Shown: positions 27,884 through 41,870, counted from the first letter of the stretch. The stretch: 64,000 nt of DNA from Eledone cirrhosa (GCA_964016885.1 OZ024752.1:16616001-16680000); one strand, 5' to 3'. The notes: generated by a model from the sequence alone, not told the origin. A program made the numbers and translations.

Positions 27884-28654
27884 TAATATAGGTTAGTTTT
27901 ATAAATAAATATTGACACACCCTTAAAAAATGCAACTATTCTGGTTGGAATCTCCTGGATAGTGGAGTTATTAGATTTATTGTTGGTTTATTATGCAAAT
28001 TAGTGTCGGAAAGGTTTAAATAACAGTATATTTAAATTAAGCTGTTGGAATAGAGAAAAAAGAAAGAAAGAGAAAAAAACATGAGAATATTTAAGTGAGA
28101 GAGAATAGCGTAATTTTGAGAAAAGAGGCGAAGAAATAAATATAGGGTGGATGAATACCGTAACATGGATAAACAATAATAAAGATAAGTTTAAGAATTT
28201 TATCTAATGTTTAATTAATAAATTTGGTTAAATGCTTAATTAATAATTTATCAATTCAATCCGTAGTTTAAATGTTTAAATGTGTATGTTAGATTATTAA
28301 AGAGTTGAGACCTATATATTATTAAAGAATATATATTATTAAAATATATAATTAGAAAATATGTTATTATTACAAAACCATATATAATTTTATTAATTAT
28401 TAATTAATTATTTAAAAAAATTAATTATTAAAAAAAAATTGTAAGTTTAAAATATCCGAATATTTCTAAGCTCATAGAATTTCCGAGAGTTTACAGAAGA
28501 ATAATCCCTTATTTGTAATAGCAGTAGAGCGTAAAGGAAATTGCTAGCGATTTATTAATAATTTAGATAGCTCTAAGGATTAAATGCTATAAAGTTAAGA
28601 TGTTAAAAAATTAAATTTTCCATCATAATAATAATGTAATTATATATATATAGA

Positions 28655-28790
28655 AGTGGTTACACAACAGTTAGTTCACCATACCGAGAACAATTGTTTC
28701 ACCTTAGCCTCGTCCCATGAACTGAGTGCTCTACCACTACGGATATTACCTTCCAGTGTTCTACCACTATATATATATATATATATACAC

Positions 28791-28872
<82 letters not shown>

Positions 28873-29078
28873 AGTTGACGGACCCACCATATTTATCAAT
28901 GCCAGGACCGGTTGTATCTCAGCGTACTCAATGGGCAATGTAAGATACATTCCCAGAGTATACACATAGTTATTCGCTTCAATACAACACACGTAAAACG
29001 GGTCCCTATAATAGTTCTCGGATTCGAGTTTCGGCCGCACTAATGCAGCAGTAAGGTGCACTGCACCATCCGTCTGCA
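28655..29078 (-). mobile_element. Two short GC-richer element fragments (28655-28768 and 28870-29078) between (TA)n tracts, possibly tRNA-derived SINE-like
   Basis: The minus strand has A-box-like TAGTGGTAGAGCAC and B-box-like ACTCGAATCC, plus several small hairpins. The family is not recognised. Confidence 0.3.
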
Positions 29079-29157
29079 TATATTATGACCCCCCCCACCA
29101 CACACACATATATATATATCAAAATGGCGAGCTATGTTGTTGCAATTAAGTATTTTT

Positions 29158-29714
29158 AAAAAATACAAGTTAAGGGCGAGAGAGAGGACTATCCGTCATC
29201 AGTTGTCTACTAGGAATCATAGGTATTTTTTCGCGTTAGAGACAATATACCTCAGCCTAGGGCGAGTCAATAACTAAAATAAGTTATTGGGATAAAATAA
29301 CGGGGGGGGGGGGGGTTCTCGCTTCCTCGCCCTTTCACTCACTCCTCTCTGCTAGTCATCCTCTCTCTGCGCTAGCTCACTTCCTCCATCGTCTGTACGC
29401 GGTCTCTTTTCTCGCTATCACTGCTACTGTCTAGGCGTGTCTTTTGTCTCTCGTCAAAATTCGCCCGTTTTTATGTTCGAAATGAGTTATTAACTTCATA
29501 TTTTTCCTAATTTTCTTCTCTTTACGTTGCTTCACCATTCGTGTCTGTTTACATGTTTTTCTCTTCCCCTCCCTCCTTTTATCCCAATAACTTATTGTAG
29601 TTATTGACTCGCCCTAGGCTGAAGTATATTGTCCCTAACGCGAAGAAATATCTATGATTCCTAGTAGACAACTGATGACCGATAGTCCTCTCTTTCGCCC
29701 GTAACTTGTATTTT

Positions 29715-29716
<2 letters not shown>
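29158..29716. mobile_element. MITE/foldback element with ~140-bp terminal inverted repeats
   Basis: 29158-29298 (AAAATACAAGTTAAGGGCGAG...GTTATTGGGATAAAA) is the reverse complement, with few mismatches, of 29577-29716. The ~280-bp interior is non-coding. The TSD is not resolved. Confidence 0.85.
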
Positions 29717-29749
<33 letters not shown>

Positions 29750-29851
29750 CGAGGTCTAGCAAATAGAGAAAAAGTTTCAAAATAAATTCTAAAAAACGGT
29801 TGGATAATACTTCTTTCCCTATATGTATTTTTTACACGTAGGAATTCATAC

Positions 29852-30778
<927 letters not shown>

Positions 30779-30784
30779 GCCGAG

Positions 30785-32315
30785 GTTTCTCACCGCAAGG
30801 AAAACCATCCTGGAATTTAACAATGAATATTGGACAAGAGCTGATACTCCCAACAATTTTGACATCACCATGGGTTCGTCGGATTCAGCGCAATTGACTG
30901 ATTTGGTTGGAATTTTCATCTTGAACTCTTTAAATCGGAAAATTCCTCAACTTCGCGGTGGAATATATCGTGATGATGCTCTTTTTACTGTCTTAAATTG
31001 TAACAAAGTAAACTTTAATATTATTAAGAAAAATATACTTGAACTATTTAAGCATCTTAACCTAAAAATAGAATTTGAGAATAATGATAAATTAGCAAAT
31101 TTCCTCGATATATCCCTTAATCTAGATACCGGCCTATATTACCCATACCATAAGGATAATGAGAACCTAAATTATGTTAACTTTAAATCAAACCACCCTA
31201 ATACTGTTAAAACTGCTATAGTCAGAAGTGTTGAAAAAAGAATTTCTAATTTATCCTCTAATAAACATATCTTCGATGCAAATGCCAACTATTATAATAA
31301 TGCGTTATCTAGGGCTGGATATCCAGACAAAATTAAACACACTAAGGAAACTAATCTTGGCAGAACTTATAGTAATGTAGCTAGTTATAAGCATACCAGT
31401 AACATAAAGAGGAGACCTAGATATAAAAATATCCTTTGGTACAACGCTCCCTTCTCTCTTTCACTTATTAGTAATATCCCTAAAATATATTTTAGGGCTT
31501 TAGATAACAGCTTCCTCCCTTCACATATTTATAGCAAGATTTTCAATAAGCATACCATTAAATTCTCATATTCCACTACTTCCAACATTTCGAAAATTAT
31601 CTCAAGACATAATTCTAAAATATTAAATAATAACTCATATGCATCCAACCATGTGAGTCATAATAATAACACTCTAAGGCCTAACGTCAATGTAAACTCT
31701 AGGCAAAATAACTTAAATATAAATACGACGTCAAAACGTCAAATGTATCTTTGGTGAATGCTTCAAATAGTAATGTAAATCAGGAAACTTTAGCACCTCC
31801 TTTAGCTAATTCCACCACTCCAGTTCCTATTATAAATAATCCTGGGCCACTGGTAAATAACTCTGTTAATAATCTTAATCGTAAATGCAACTGCCCTATT
31901 AGAACTAATTGTCCTGTTAGTAATTTCTGTCTCGATAAAAACTTAATTTACGAATGTAAAGTGGTAACTGGTACTAATACATATACCTACATTGGCTCTA
32001 CTTCTACTTCTTTTAAATCAAGACTCTATAACCATTCTTCTACATTTAAATATCCACTTAAAAGGACAAGCACCGCACTCTCAGAACTTATTTGGTCCTT
32101 AAAAGACAAAAAACATTAATTACGAAATCTTTTGGCGTAAAATTTGCAACGCTTCACCTTATTCCAATGCTTCTATTTCTAGGGTTTGTAATTTATGTCT
32201 AGCTGAAAAATGTACCATTATCTCGAATTTCAACTCTTTAATAAATAGACGTACGGACTTATGTGGTCTCTGCATTCATAAATCTTTTAAGACCTTTCAC
32301 AAAGTATACAGCTAA
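30785..32315 (+). pseudogene. 5'-truncated Naiad-type Penelope-like element (RT + GIY-YIG endonuclease), two frameshifts
   Basis: RT motifs FDITMGSSDSAQLTDLVG, IYRDD, NFLDISLNL and SNHP. An N-rich linker leads to the CxCx5C knuckle CNCPIRTNC, then LIYEC..YIGST..FKSRLYNH, TALSELIWSLK and CNLCLAEK..CIH. Frameshifts near 31750 and 32115; stop at 32313-32315. Confidence 0.9.
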
Positions 32316-32577
32316 TGTCCTATTACGTATTCTACGACTAACGGTTAATTTTTTACACATATATCTTTTCACACATTTTTTTCTCACATATTTCATTATA
32401 TTCTACAATGTATTAATCCCATTTTCTCTGCATTATTAAGCTTTTCACCTTCTTTCTCTATTGACGTAAATTATTTTCGTTCAAACCTTCGTAGATTTTG
32501 TAAACAATCTATGACGTCATATATCTTTCTACATTTATAAACCTTTCTAGCAATTTCCTTTATTTACTTGTTGATAT

Positions 32578-33794
32578 AAAATAATTATTTTACTTTCAAT
32601 GATTCAACATACTGACAAATCTTAGGTACTGCAATGGACACAAAGGTAGCCCCACATACGCCAACTTAGTCATGGCATTCCACAAATAACAAATCTACAA
32701 CTAAATCCCTTCTATTATTTGGAGACACATTCAAAAATAATTGGAAGAGATACCTAGACGATTGCTTTATACTATGGCACGAAGACATGATTAAACTCAC
32801 TGTTTTCAAAAATATGATAAACAACATTAACAATAACATACAGTTCACAATGGAACACAACTCCAAGGAATTAGCCTTCTTGGATATCCTCATTTTAAAA
32901 AGAGATGGGAAAATAAAAACAGACACCTTTTATAAACCAACGTACTCCGAACAGTACCTCCTCTTCACATCAAATCACCCAAAATATACAATACTTAACA
33001 TTCTTTTAAAGTTAGCCAAAGGTTTATGCACCATAGTATCAGACCCAACTAAACGGAACAAAGACTAAATGAACTAAAAAAAACACACCTTAAGAGCCTT
33101 TCCACTTGACATAATTAATAACGGAATAGACAAAGCAAAACACGCAAATTTTCATCAACCCAAAGCACAGAACCACAAACAATACCTTACCATATGTATC
33201 CACGTTCAACCCCAGAAACACCGAAATGCTAGACCTCATACACAAAAACCTCCCCATTCTATTTAAAGATGAAAAAATGAAATAATCCTAGAAACAAAAT
33301 CACTAAAAATCATTTTCAACCAAAATCACTAAAACACATTCTCACTGGAACAAATATACACAAACCAGTCTCCAGCCTTACGGTAACAAAATGCGGAAGA
33401 ACAAACTGTGAACATGCCTATACTTAATTAGACAAAAATTCACATTTAAAGATGGCCAAACGTTTACAGTGAAAAACAACTTCACTTGCAACTCAGAGAA
33501 TTTGATCTACGTAATCACATGCGAGGGCTGCCGACATAACTATACAGGACAGACGGGTGTGTAATTACGCAAAAGAATGACCATCCATCGCCAACAAATC
33601 CGAGACGTAAACACGAGAAAAATCCCCTTAATACATAATCCCCTTAATAAATTCCTGCAGATTGTGCAGGAATGACTCTACCCAACTTTAAAATCTCCCC
33701 CCTTTACAAGTGCTCAGATTCTTTCACTCAACAACAAGGAATAAATAAAGAAAAACTATTTATTAACAGATTTAAACCAAAATTAAATATGTAA
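32578..33794 (+). pseudogene. Neptune-type Penelope-like element, RT C-half + GIY-YIG, decayed (left arm of inverted duplication)
   Basis: NNYFTFND, GTAMDTKVAP, WKRYLDDCF, LAFLDILI, FYKPT..SNHP, FTCNSENLIYVITCEGC..YTGQTG, RMTIHRQQIR, EKLFINRFKPKLNM*. Multiple stops and frameshifts. Confidence 0.9.
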
Positions 33795-33806
33795 TCACCC
33801 CCATTA

Positions 33807-33943
<137 letters not shown>

Positions 33944-33944
33944 C

Positions 33945-34115
33945 ACGAAATAAAGAGAATATTCTATATTATTATTTTTAAGTGACCAAATTAATTCAGA
34001 TAAAGCAGTACTAAATCTCTTGTCTTCTCTTTTGAACATGTCTTATTCCAGGTCTATCAGCTCTAGTCCATTAAAATCAATAAGAGTCTTTCTAGCAGTA
34101 AGGATAAAGAAAGGT
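33945..34115 (-). pseudogene. Internally deleted Naiad-type PLE relic (mirror copy at ~42540-42712 on +)
   Basis: An RT piece FILTARKTLIDFN is joined to the endonuclease piece FKREDKRFSTALSELIWSLKNNNIEY. Both are homologous to the 30785-32315 element. Confidence 0.75.
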
Positions 34116-34913
34116 GGCATAATCACCGCCACAGGTTTTTTAAATCTAGATTATACGACAAAATAAGTTAACTAATTTTTTCCTCCGTTATTTTTCTCTG
34201 TTATAATCTTCCTTCGTTACAATTTTTCAGCTACTTTAACTTTAGGTTGTATCTAAATAAAGTAAATTTAATATAAATTGATAAATTTGGCTACAATGCA
34301 TACATTTTTCTTTCTAAATATTTACACAAAGTTTTAATAGTCCCTGCTTTACATATATTAACTACTTAAATAAGATTGTTGAATTGATAAATTTGACATA
34401 GATAATTACTTCCCTTCTTTTGAAATAAATAATTTATCTCATAACCTTCTCAACTACATATTTAAAAAAAAAACCCATAACAATTATTAAATACTTTTCC
34501 ACTCATATAATTTCAAAATATAATTATAAATAAACAAAGATAATTTACCTACAAATTTTGTAATCCAAATTCTTTCCCCCTTATTATTATATTTTCATAA
34601 TACTTTAATTTCCTAGAATATTTTTTCATTTTTTTCCTTTCATATAATATAAACTTTTAATTTAATACGTACTTTAATTGAATATAAGCAGAATATAGAC
34701 TGAATAACGGTCAATTTTTGTTTTGTGATTTCACCAATCTAATTACGCTATATTTTAAATAATTTATTAGACATTTAAACCAACTATAATGTATTCTCCC
34801 AGTTACGTAACCCCCTATGTGTTGAGTTTTTTCTAGTCATATGCTGAGTGGTCACTGATCTGTCCAGCTCTGTGTCTACCAGTATATCATGAAAACATTA
34901 TACATCAAGTATG

Positions 34914-34990
34914 TATTTTGTCTGAAGAGGACATGTTTTGGTTTATGTTATACATAAAACTTTACATCTTTGAAATTATAATATAATAAA
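34914..34990 (+). ncRNA. Degenerate hammerhead-like motif (mirror copy at ~41395-41470 on -)
   Basis: CTGAAGA-[GGACATGT..TTTATGT-TAT-ACATAAA..ACATCTTT]-GAAA-TTATAA-TA. The core and palindromic stem III are present, but stem I pairs poorly. Confidence 0.4.
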
Positions 34991-35138
34991 GTAAGGAGTG
35001 CGGGACTGTGTCCCGAATATATTTTTTTTATCCCGTTAGTAAAATAAATTGGATTACTTTGAATAAATAATGAATGAATATTACATAATTTATCTACTAA
35101 ATTTCGTAGTTGTTGATTAAACATATATATTCTTATAT

Positions 35139-35238
35139 ATAATTGTTTCTACTTTTGGCACAAGGCCATCAATTACCCAGTACATTACTGGTACTTTATA
35201 TTATCGACCCCGTATGAATGAAAGACAAAGTTAACCTC
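35139..35238 (-). mobile_element. 5'-truncated copy of the same SINE (mirror copy at 40790-40890 on +)
   Basis: Reverse complement of the SINE body and tail. Confidence 0.8.
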
Positions 35239-35697
35239 TTTTAAAATTTTTAAATGTTAATACTTCCGGTTATGATATAATGGACGCTATATCACATATC
35301 GCTTATATAAATATTCATATATTTGCATCATAACGTTTATATTTCTGTCGCTAATTTTCTCCTTTTTCGTTTTCATTACATTTCACCGTAATGCAGTTTA
35401 TGTATAATATCGTCTTTTTAAAATGTATCATGGATTACTTTACTGATTACAGAAGAGAGTGTAACACAGCCTCTCTTCAATGTCTGTGTATATTGTCAAT
35501 TACGATTTTATTTGATGTATCATATCTACATGTATGCATATATGCAATATGTTCATATAATATTAATATGCATACTACACATGCTAGCAGAAAACCACCC
35601 GACGAGAGATTTTTCTGTTAGTATATATAATGAAATAGAGATGATAGAAAGTATATATCTTTCGTTTATTACTGTTATTATTATAATAATACACAAA

Positions 35698-35890
35698 GGG
35701 CGGTCGATTGCCAGTATAGGTAGAGGGTCGGACGCCATGCTTTGCAGCATAGAGTTACGGCCCTTTATGGTCTGAGCTCAAATCGCGCTGAGGTTAACTT
35801 TGCCTTTCATCCTTTGGGGTCGATAAAATGAAGTACCAGTAATACACTGAGATAATTGGTGGCCTTATGCCAATAGTAGAAACAATTATT
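35698..35890 (+). mobile_element. tRNA-derived SINE resembling octopus SINE families (mirror copy at 40138-40330 on -)
   Basis: GGCGG..TGCCAG head, B-box-like GAGCTCAAATC, body GTTAACTTTGCCTTTCATCC..GGGGTCGATAAAAT.AAGTACCAGT, tail GTAGAAACAATTATT. Confidence 0.8.
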
Positions 35891-36067
35891 ATAATAATAC
35901 ACCGGATAAATGCATACCGTTGAGTGCTTGGCAGTGTTACATATAAATTCAGTTGATTTGAAATCAACTGATGCTTTGGTATTGATTAATATATATATAT
36001 ATTAATCAATGAAAAAAGAGATAGTTTCTTTTCACCCACCCTATATATAAATATGTATATAAATATT

Positions 36068-36112
<45 letters not shown>

Positions 36113-36134
36113 TTATATACATATTTATATATAG

Positions 36135-36347
<213 letters not shown>

Positions 36348-36750
36348 CACACACATACACAGACACAGACACACAGACACAGACTCACACACACAGACAT
36401 ACACACAGAAACACATGCTTACGCACGTGCTTAAGTATAGCTCTTTTTACAAAACGTTTTTTTTTCTCATTTCAGCTAGACGCGCTCCATCATCCACTTT
36501 TCTAAAAAAAACAAATCATACACAAAACGCCAGCACCAACAGTTTTGAAAGAGATGTCAACATGAATGAACTTGTTATTTTTATCTAAAGACATTTTTTC
36601 TAATTCCATCCCGCCCGTCCCCTCAATCTATTTCATTTCTCATTCTTTCTGCCGAAACGTTAAGACCCTCTTCCTGCTATATCAAGCGTTAACCTAATAT
36701 ATACATTCCATATACTGTACCGATTGTGTTGTTATTTCTGTTTACCTTTT

Positions 36751-36792
<42 letters not shown>

Positions 36793-37394
36793 ATTTATAT
36801 ACAATGTAGGTGAAAGGAAACGCTCTATTTACACACACACACGCACATATGTGTATGCATGTGTGTGTGTAAATAGGTCGTTTTCTTTCTTTCACAAAAG
36901 AAACGACCCATTGACACACACACATGCATACACATGTATGTGTGTGTGTGTAAATAGGGCGTTTAATAGGACGTATATGCATTTTTATATATACCTTAAG
37001 AATGTGAAAATAATTATATTTTTTTTAAGTGAAGATGTATAATATTATGCATAATATATTGTATAAGGTTAGTTACATAAGTTTAAACATTTATGTAAAA
37101 TTTGAATGTCTCGTATATGTGAATTGTAAACAAACTTTATCAAGGGAAAGATAACACTAGTGTTTAGTAATTTAAGGACTGTATATTATTTAAAGATATA
37201 TTGCTTTATTTAATGTTTAACCTAATTAATTATAATTTATATTATAATATAAGTAAAAATTTCTATAAGGTTTCAGAGCACCATATAGTAAATATGGTTT
37301 TGATAATAATAAATAGATAAATAATTCTATGTATACATTTTGATAATAATAAGTATTTCTATGTATAAAGCTGATAATAATAAATATTTCTATG

Positions 37395-38388
37395 GGCATA
37401 GGTTAAGTTTAACGTTCGAGAAAATGAAAGTAGATTTTCTGACAAGTGAATGTGTTTTTTTTTTTTTTTTACAGTGAAAGTTACGATACACTGTTTGTTT
37501 ATTTACAACAGGTCTCTATAGTGATATGGTGTTAATTAGTATTGCGTGTGTGATTATTTTTTCTTTTTCTTTTTTTGTGTATTGTGTGTACGGAAAATGA
37601 CATTGTGTGTTGAAAGAAATAAATTTTTTAAAAATAACTACATAGTTAGACGTTTGTTGCATATAACATATAAATTGACGTACCTTATCAACATCCTTAT
37701 TAGACCATATAAATAGCTGAAATACAGTTGATCATCTCGCCAAACTTGTTGGCACCAACTCTCTGCCGCCAAAGAAATTCAGCTAAATATGAGGGGAATA
37801 AATCGTCGCTTGTCCCATGTTGTCGACGAAGCTTTTTCTTCGCACGGCTCCAAGTGTTCTCTATGAGTTGTGTGCGCACATTAGGGTCTTCAGGATCGAC
37901 AAAGTTCCGTTGGTGCACAACAACATCATGGAGGTAAATGCCACCTTGAATTTCTTCAATATCAGAATAGGAAGCCCAACCATCGGACATGATGTGGCTT
38001 CCTGGCAAAATCCATTCCTGTATGATGGGGACAAGAGTCTCACGGCTTCGATCTGGGACTTCGATGAGGCAGCAGCGTCCAGAATAAGGATGTTGATAAG
38101 GTACGTCAATTTATATGTTATATGCAACAAACGTCTAACTATGTAGTTATTTAAAAAAAATTTCTTTCTTTCAACACACAATGTCATTTTCCGTACACAG
38201 AATACACAAAAAAAGAAAAAGAAAAAATAATCACACACGCAATACTAATTAACACCATATCACTATAGAGACCTGCTGTAAATAAACAAACAGTGTATCG
38301 TAACTTTCATTGTAAAAAAAAAAACAAACACATTCACTTGTCAGAAAATCTACTTTCATTTTCTCGAACGTTAAACTTATCCTATGCC
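37395..38388 (-). mobile_element. Non-autonomous Merlin (IS1595/ISXO2-like) DNA transposon, ~305-bp TIRs, 8-bp TSD
   Basis: TIRs at 37395-37701 and 38083-38388 begin GGCATAGG. A perfect TSD TTTCTATG lies at 37387-37394 and 38389-38396. A transposase fragment lies inside. Confidence 0.92.
37700..38080 (-). pseudogene. C-terminal fragment of a Merlin/ISXO2-like DDE transposase
   Basis: GRCCLIEVPDRSRETLVPIIQEWILPGSHIMSDGWASY..HQRNFVDP..TQLIENTWSRAKKK..YLAEFLWR. The N-terminal part is missing. Confidence 0.92.
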
Positions 38389-38475
38389 TTTCTATGTATA
38401 AATTTAAGAACTTTTAAGACAACCAAATATATATATTGTGCATAGGCAACTTATACAGACCATGTGTAGTATTTT

Positions 38476-39040
38476 CTATAAATTGTAAATATTGTGAAAT
38501 GTTCTGGAGAATCGATGCAAACAAGAATTAAATATTTCCTTTTTTTTTGTTATCAGGATTGGTAATTATATGAAAGATTTCTTCAATACAGAGATGACAC
38601 ATTCTTGAGAGAACCATGTTTTGGTAAACTGCAGCATTCGATATCCTTCGCCAAGAGATTGAATAGTCAGTGTTACTGTCTTTTAAAGACCAAATTAATT
38701 GTGATAGTGAGGTTGAGAATATTTTGTCCGCTTGTTTGAAAGTATGTTTATGATTATACCATTGGTCCTTAAATTTTGTAGAAGTAGCTCCTATATAATA
38801 TATAATCTATCTCTAGTTTTTATGGTGCATTTGTATACTAAATTTCTATCAAGGCAATTATTCTGTAAAGGGCATAATATTTTATTTCTGCAATTACATT
38901 TTCTAATATTGTTATTAAGAGATACGGTATTATTATTTATGCATTCGCTATTATTATACGTAATGTTATTAGTTATATTGTTATTGCTATTTGAGTTTAT
39001 TTGGGTTGAGTTTAATTTTAAATTCCTATTATTAATTCTA
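38476..39040 (-). pseudogene. Naiad-type PLE GIY-YIG domain fragment (not in the supplied ORF track)
   Basis: Minus strand: an N-rich linker, then RKCNCRNKILCPLQNNCLDRNLVYKC..YYIGATSTKFKDQWYNHKHTFK..STSLSQLIWSLKD..CHLCIEE..CLH..*. Confidence 0.88.
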
Positions 39041-39444
39041 GTAACATTTAATACATTACTTTATAATTTTCACCAAAATATTATAAATACTTCCATATTC
39101 TTAAAATATATTATAAAATTAAATAAATAAATAAATATAATTATATCATTCTTTCTATACCCATGTAAATATGTTTGGATGTATATGTGCATATTTCTAT
39201 AAATAATCCTAAATTAACTTTACAATATTTTTTCAAATTTAATAGCAAACCCTTTTTAAAAAAATAATTTAGATAAATATTTAAAATCTATCTAGCGTCT
39301 AAACTTAACGGATCTTTTCAGTTTTAATGTTATTCTCATTAGCATATTTCCCCTGAGTTTTGAAAAGTTATATTCACTATCTTCACTGAACTTATAACAT
39401 GAAGTTCACATGAAGATATGTCACTATCTTAACACCAATTATTG

Positions 39445-39505
39445 TATTTTATCTGACGAAAGCGTACTAAAATATTAGTACCCTTGAAATACGTATAATA
39501 AAATA
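39445..39505 (+). ncRNA. Type I hammerhead ribozyme, intact
   Basis: TATTTTAT-CTGACGA-[AAG-C-GTACTAA-AATA-TTAGTAC-C-CTT]-GAAA-TACGTA-TA^-ATAAAATA. Perfect 8-bp stem I and palindromic stem III. Predicted cleavage is after 39497. Confidence 0.9.
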
Positions 39506-39835
39506 AATATGATTTTATAAAGATATTTTCCATTTATTAATATTATTGATATATATATATGTGTGTGTGTGTATACATATTTATATACAGTGTAGGGGAA
39601 AAGAAACGCCCTATTTACACACACACCACACACACACACCACACACACACACATATATGTGTATGCATGGCATGTGTGTGTGTGTGTAAATAGGTCGTTT
39701 CTTTTGTGAAAAAAAACTACCTGTTTACACACACACACATGCATACACATGTATATGTGTGTGTGTGGTGTGTGTACACTTTATTTCACGTTGCTCCTTC
39801 TACCTGGAGTTGCGACCGATAGATAGTATTAGCAA

Positions 39836-39894
39836 TTGGAAAGACCAACGGAAACATTGTTCCCTCGGTCCGATTCGACGAAAGTCGATCGTTC

Positions 39895-39897
<3 letters not shown>
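39836..39897 (+). other. Three-way-junction stem-loop directly before a (TA)n tract
   Basis: TTGGAA/TTCCAA closes two hairpins: GACC..GGAA-ACATTG-TTCC..GGTC and CGAT-T-CGAC-GAAA-GTCG-ATCG. Confidence 0.5.
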
Positions 39898-39954
<57 letters not shown>

Positions 39955-40971
39955 AATATTTATATACATATTTATAAATAGGGTGGGTGAAAAGAAACTA
40001 TCTCATTTTTCATTGAATAATATATATATATATATATATTAATCAACGACAAAGCATCAGTTGATTTCAAATCAATTAAATTTATATGTAACACTGCCAA
40101 GCACTCAACGGTATGCATTTATCCGGTGTATTATTATAATAATTGTTTCTACTATTGGCATAAGGCCACCAATTATCTCAGTGTATTACTGGTACTTCAT
40201 TTTATCGACCCCAAAGGATGAAAGGCAAAGTTAACCTCGGCGCGATTTGAGCTCAGACCATAAAGGGCCGTAACTCTATGCTGCAAAGCATGGCGTCCGA
40301 CCCTCTACCTATACTGGCAATCGACCGCCCTTTGTGTATTATTATAATAATAACAGTAATAAACGAAAGATATATACTTTCTATCATCTCTATTTCATTA
40401 TATATACTAACAGAAAAATCTCTCGTCGGGTGGTTTTCTGCTAGCATGTGTAGTATGCATATTAATATTATATGAAAATATTGCATATATGCATACATGT
40501 AGATATGATACATCAAATAAAATCGTAATTGACAATATACACAGACATTGAAGAGAGGCTGTGTTACACTCTCTTCTGTAATCAGTAAAGTAATCCATGA
40601 TACATTTTAAAAAGACGATATTATACATAAACTGCATTACGGTGAAATGTATTGAAAACGAAAAAGGAGAAAATTAGCGACAGAAATATAAACGTTATGA
40701 TGCAAATATATGAATATTTATATAAGCGATATGTGATATAGCGTCCATTATATCATAACCGGAAGTATTGACATTTAAAAATTTTAAAAGAGGTTAACTT
40801 TGTCTTTCATCCATACGGGGTCGATAAAATAAAGTACCAGTAATGTACTGGGTAATTGATGGCCTTGTGACAAAAGTAGAAACAATTATAAATAAGATTA
40901 TATATGTTTAATCAACAACTACGAAATTTAGTAGATAAATTATGTAATATTCATTCATTATTTATTCAAAG

Positions 40972-41320
40972 GGCAGCAAAGAGTTACGGCCCTTTATGGT
41001 CTGAGTTCAAATCCCGCTGAGGTTAACTTTGCCTTTCATCCTTACAGGGTCGATAAAATAAAGAACCAGTAATACACTGGGTAATTGCTGGCCTTGTGCC
41101 AATAGTAGAAACAATTATTTATTCAAAGGGCGGTGGATTGGCAATATCGCTAGAGGGTCGAACGCCATGCTTTGACGCATAGAGTTACCGCCCTTGCCAT
41201 TCTATGTTCAAATCACGCCGATGTTAATTTTGCCTTTCATCCTTACGGGGTCGATAAAATAAGGTACCACTAATACACTGGGTAATTGCTGGCCTTGTGC
41301 CAAAAGTAGAAACAATTATT
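40972..41320 (+). mobile_element. Two tandem SINE copies present only in the right arm
   Basis: The target sequence ATTATTTATTCAAAG is repeated at 40957, 41114 and 41315. A single empty site lies in the left arm at 35057-35071. Confidence 0.88.
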
Positions 41321-41798
41321 TATTCAAAGTAATCCAACTTATTTTACTAACGGGATAAAAAAATATATTCAGGACACAGTCCCGCACTCCTTACTTTATT
41401 ATATTATAATTTCAAAGATGTAAAGTTTTATGTATAACATAAACCAAAACATGTCCTCTTCAGACAAAATACATACTAGATGTATAATGTTTTCATGATA
41501 TACTGGTAGACACAGAGCTGGACAGATCAGTGACCACTCAGCATATGACTAGAAAAAACTCAACACATAGGGGGTTACGTAACTGGGAGAATACATTATA
41601 GTTGGTTTAAATGTCTAATAAATTATTTAAAATATAGCGTAATTAGATTGGTGAAATCACAAAACAAAATTGACCGTTATTCAGTCCATATTCTGCTTAT
41701 ATTCAATTAAAGTACGTATTAAATCAAAAGTATATATTATATGAAAGGAAAAAATAAAAAATTATTCTAGGAAATTAAAGTATTATGAAAATATAATA

Positions 41799-41870
41799 AT
41801 TGTTTCTACTTTAGGCACAAGGCCAGCAATTACCCAGTACATTACTGGTACTTTATTTTATCGACCCCGT
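41799..41870 (-). mobile_element. Truncated SINE, right arm only
   Basis: TSD AAATATAATAAT at 41789 and 41871. Empty site near 34580-34595. Confidence 0.85.

Noticed and set aside
29672-29700. CTGATGA in the MITE TIR as a hammerhead core
   Set aside because: No downstream GAAA, stem III or UH cleavage site.
35391-35775. Duplicated small ORFs (also 40253-40637)
   Set aside because: They are AT-rich chance ORFs running into a SINE, duplicated only because of the inverted repeat.
36645-36670. GCCGAAACGTTAAG, resembling the 3' half of a PLE hammerhead
   Set aside because: No upstream CUGANGA or stem II was found.
38732-39130. 132-aa hydrophobic ORF on +
   Set aside because: It is the antisense shadow of the Asn-rich Naiad linker and endonuclease on the minus strand.
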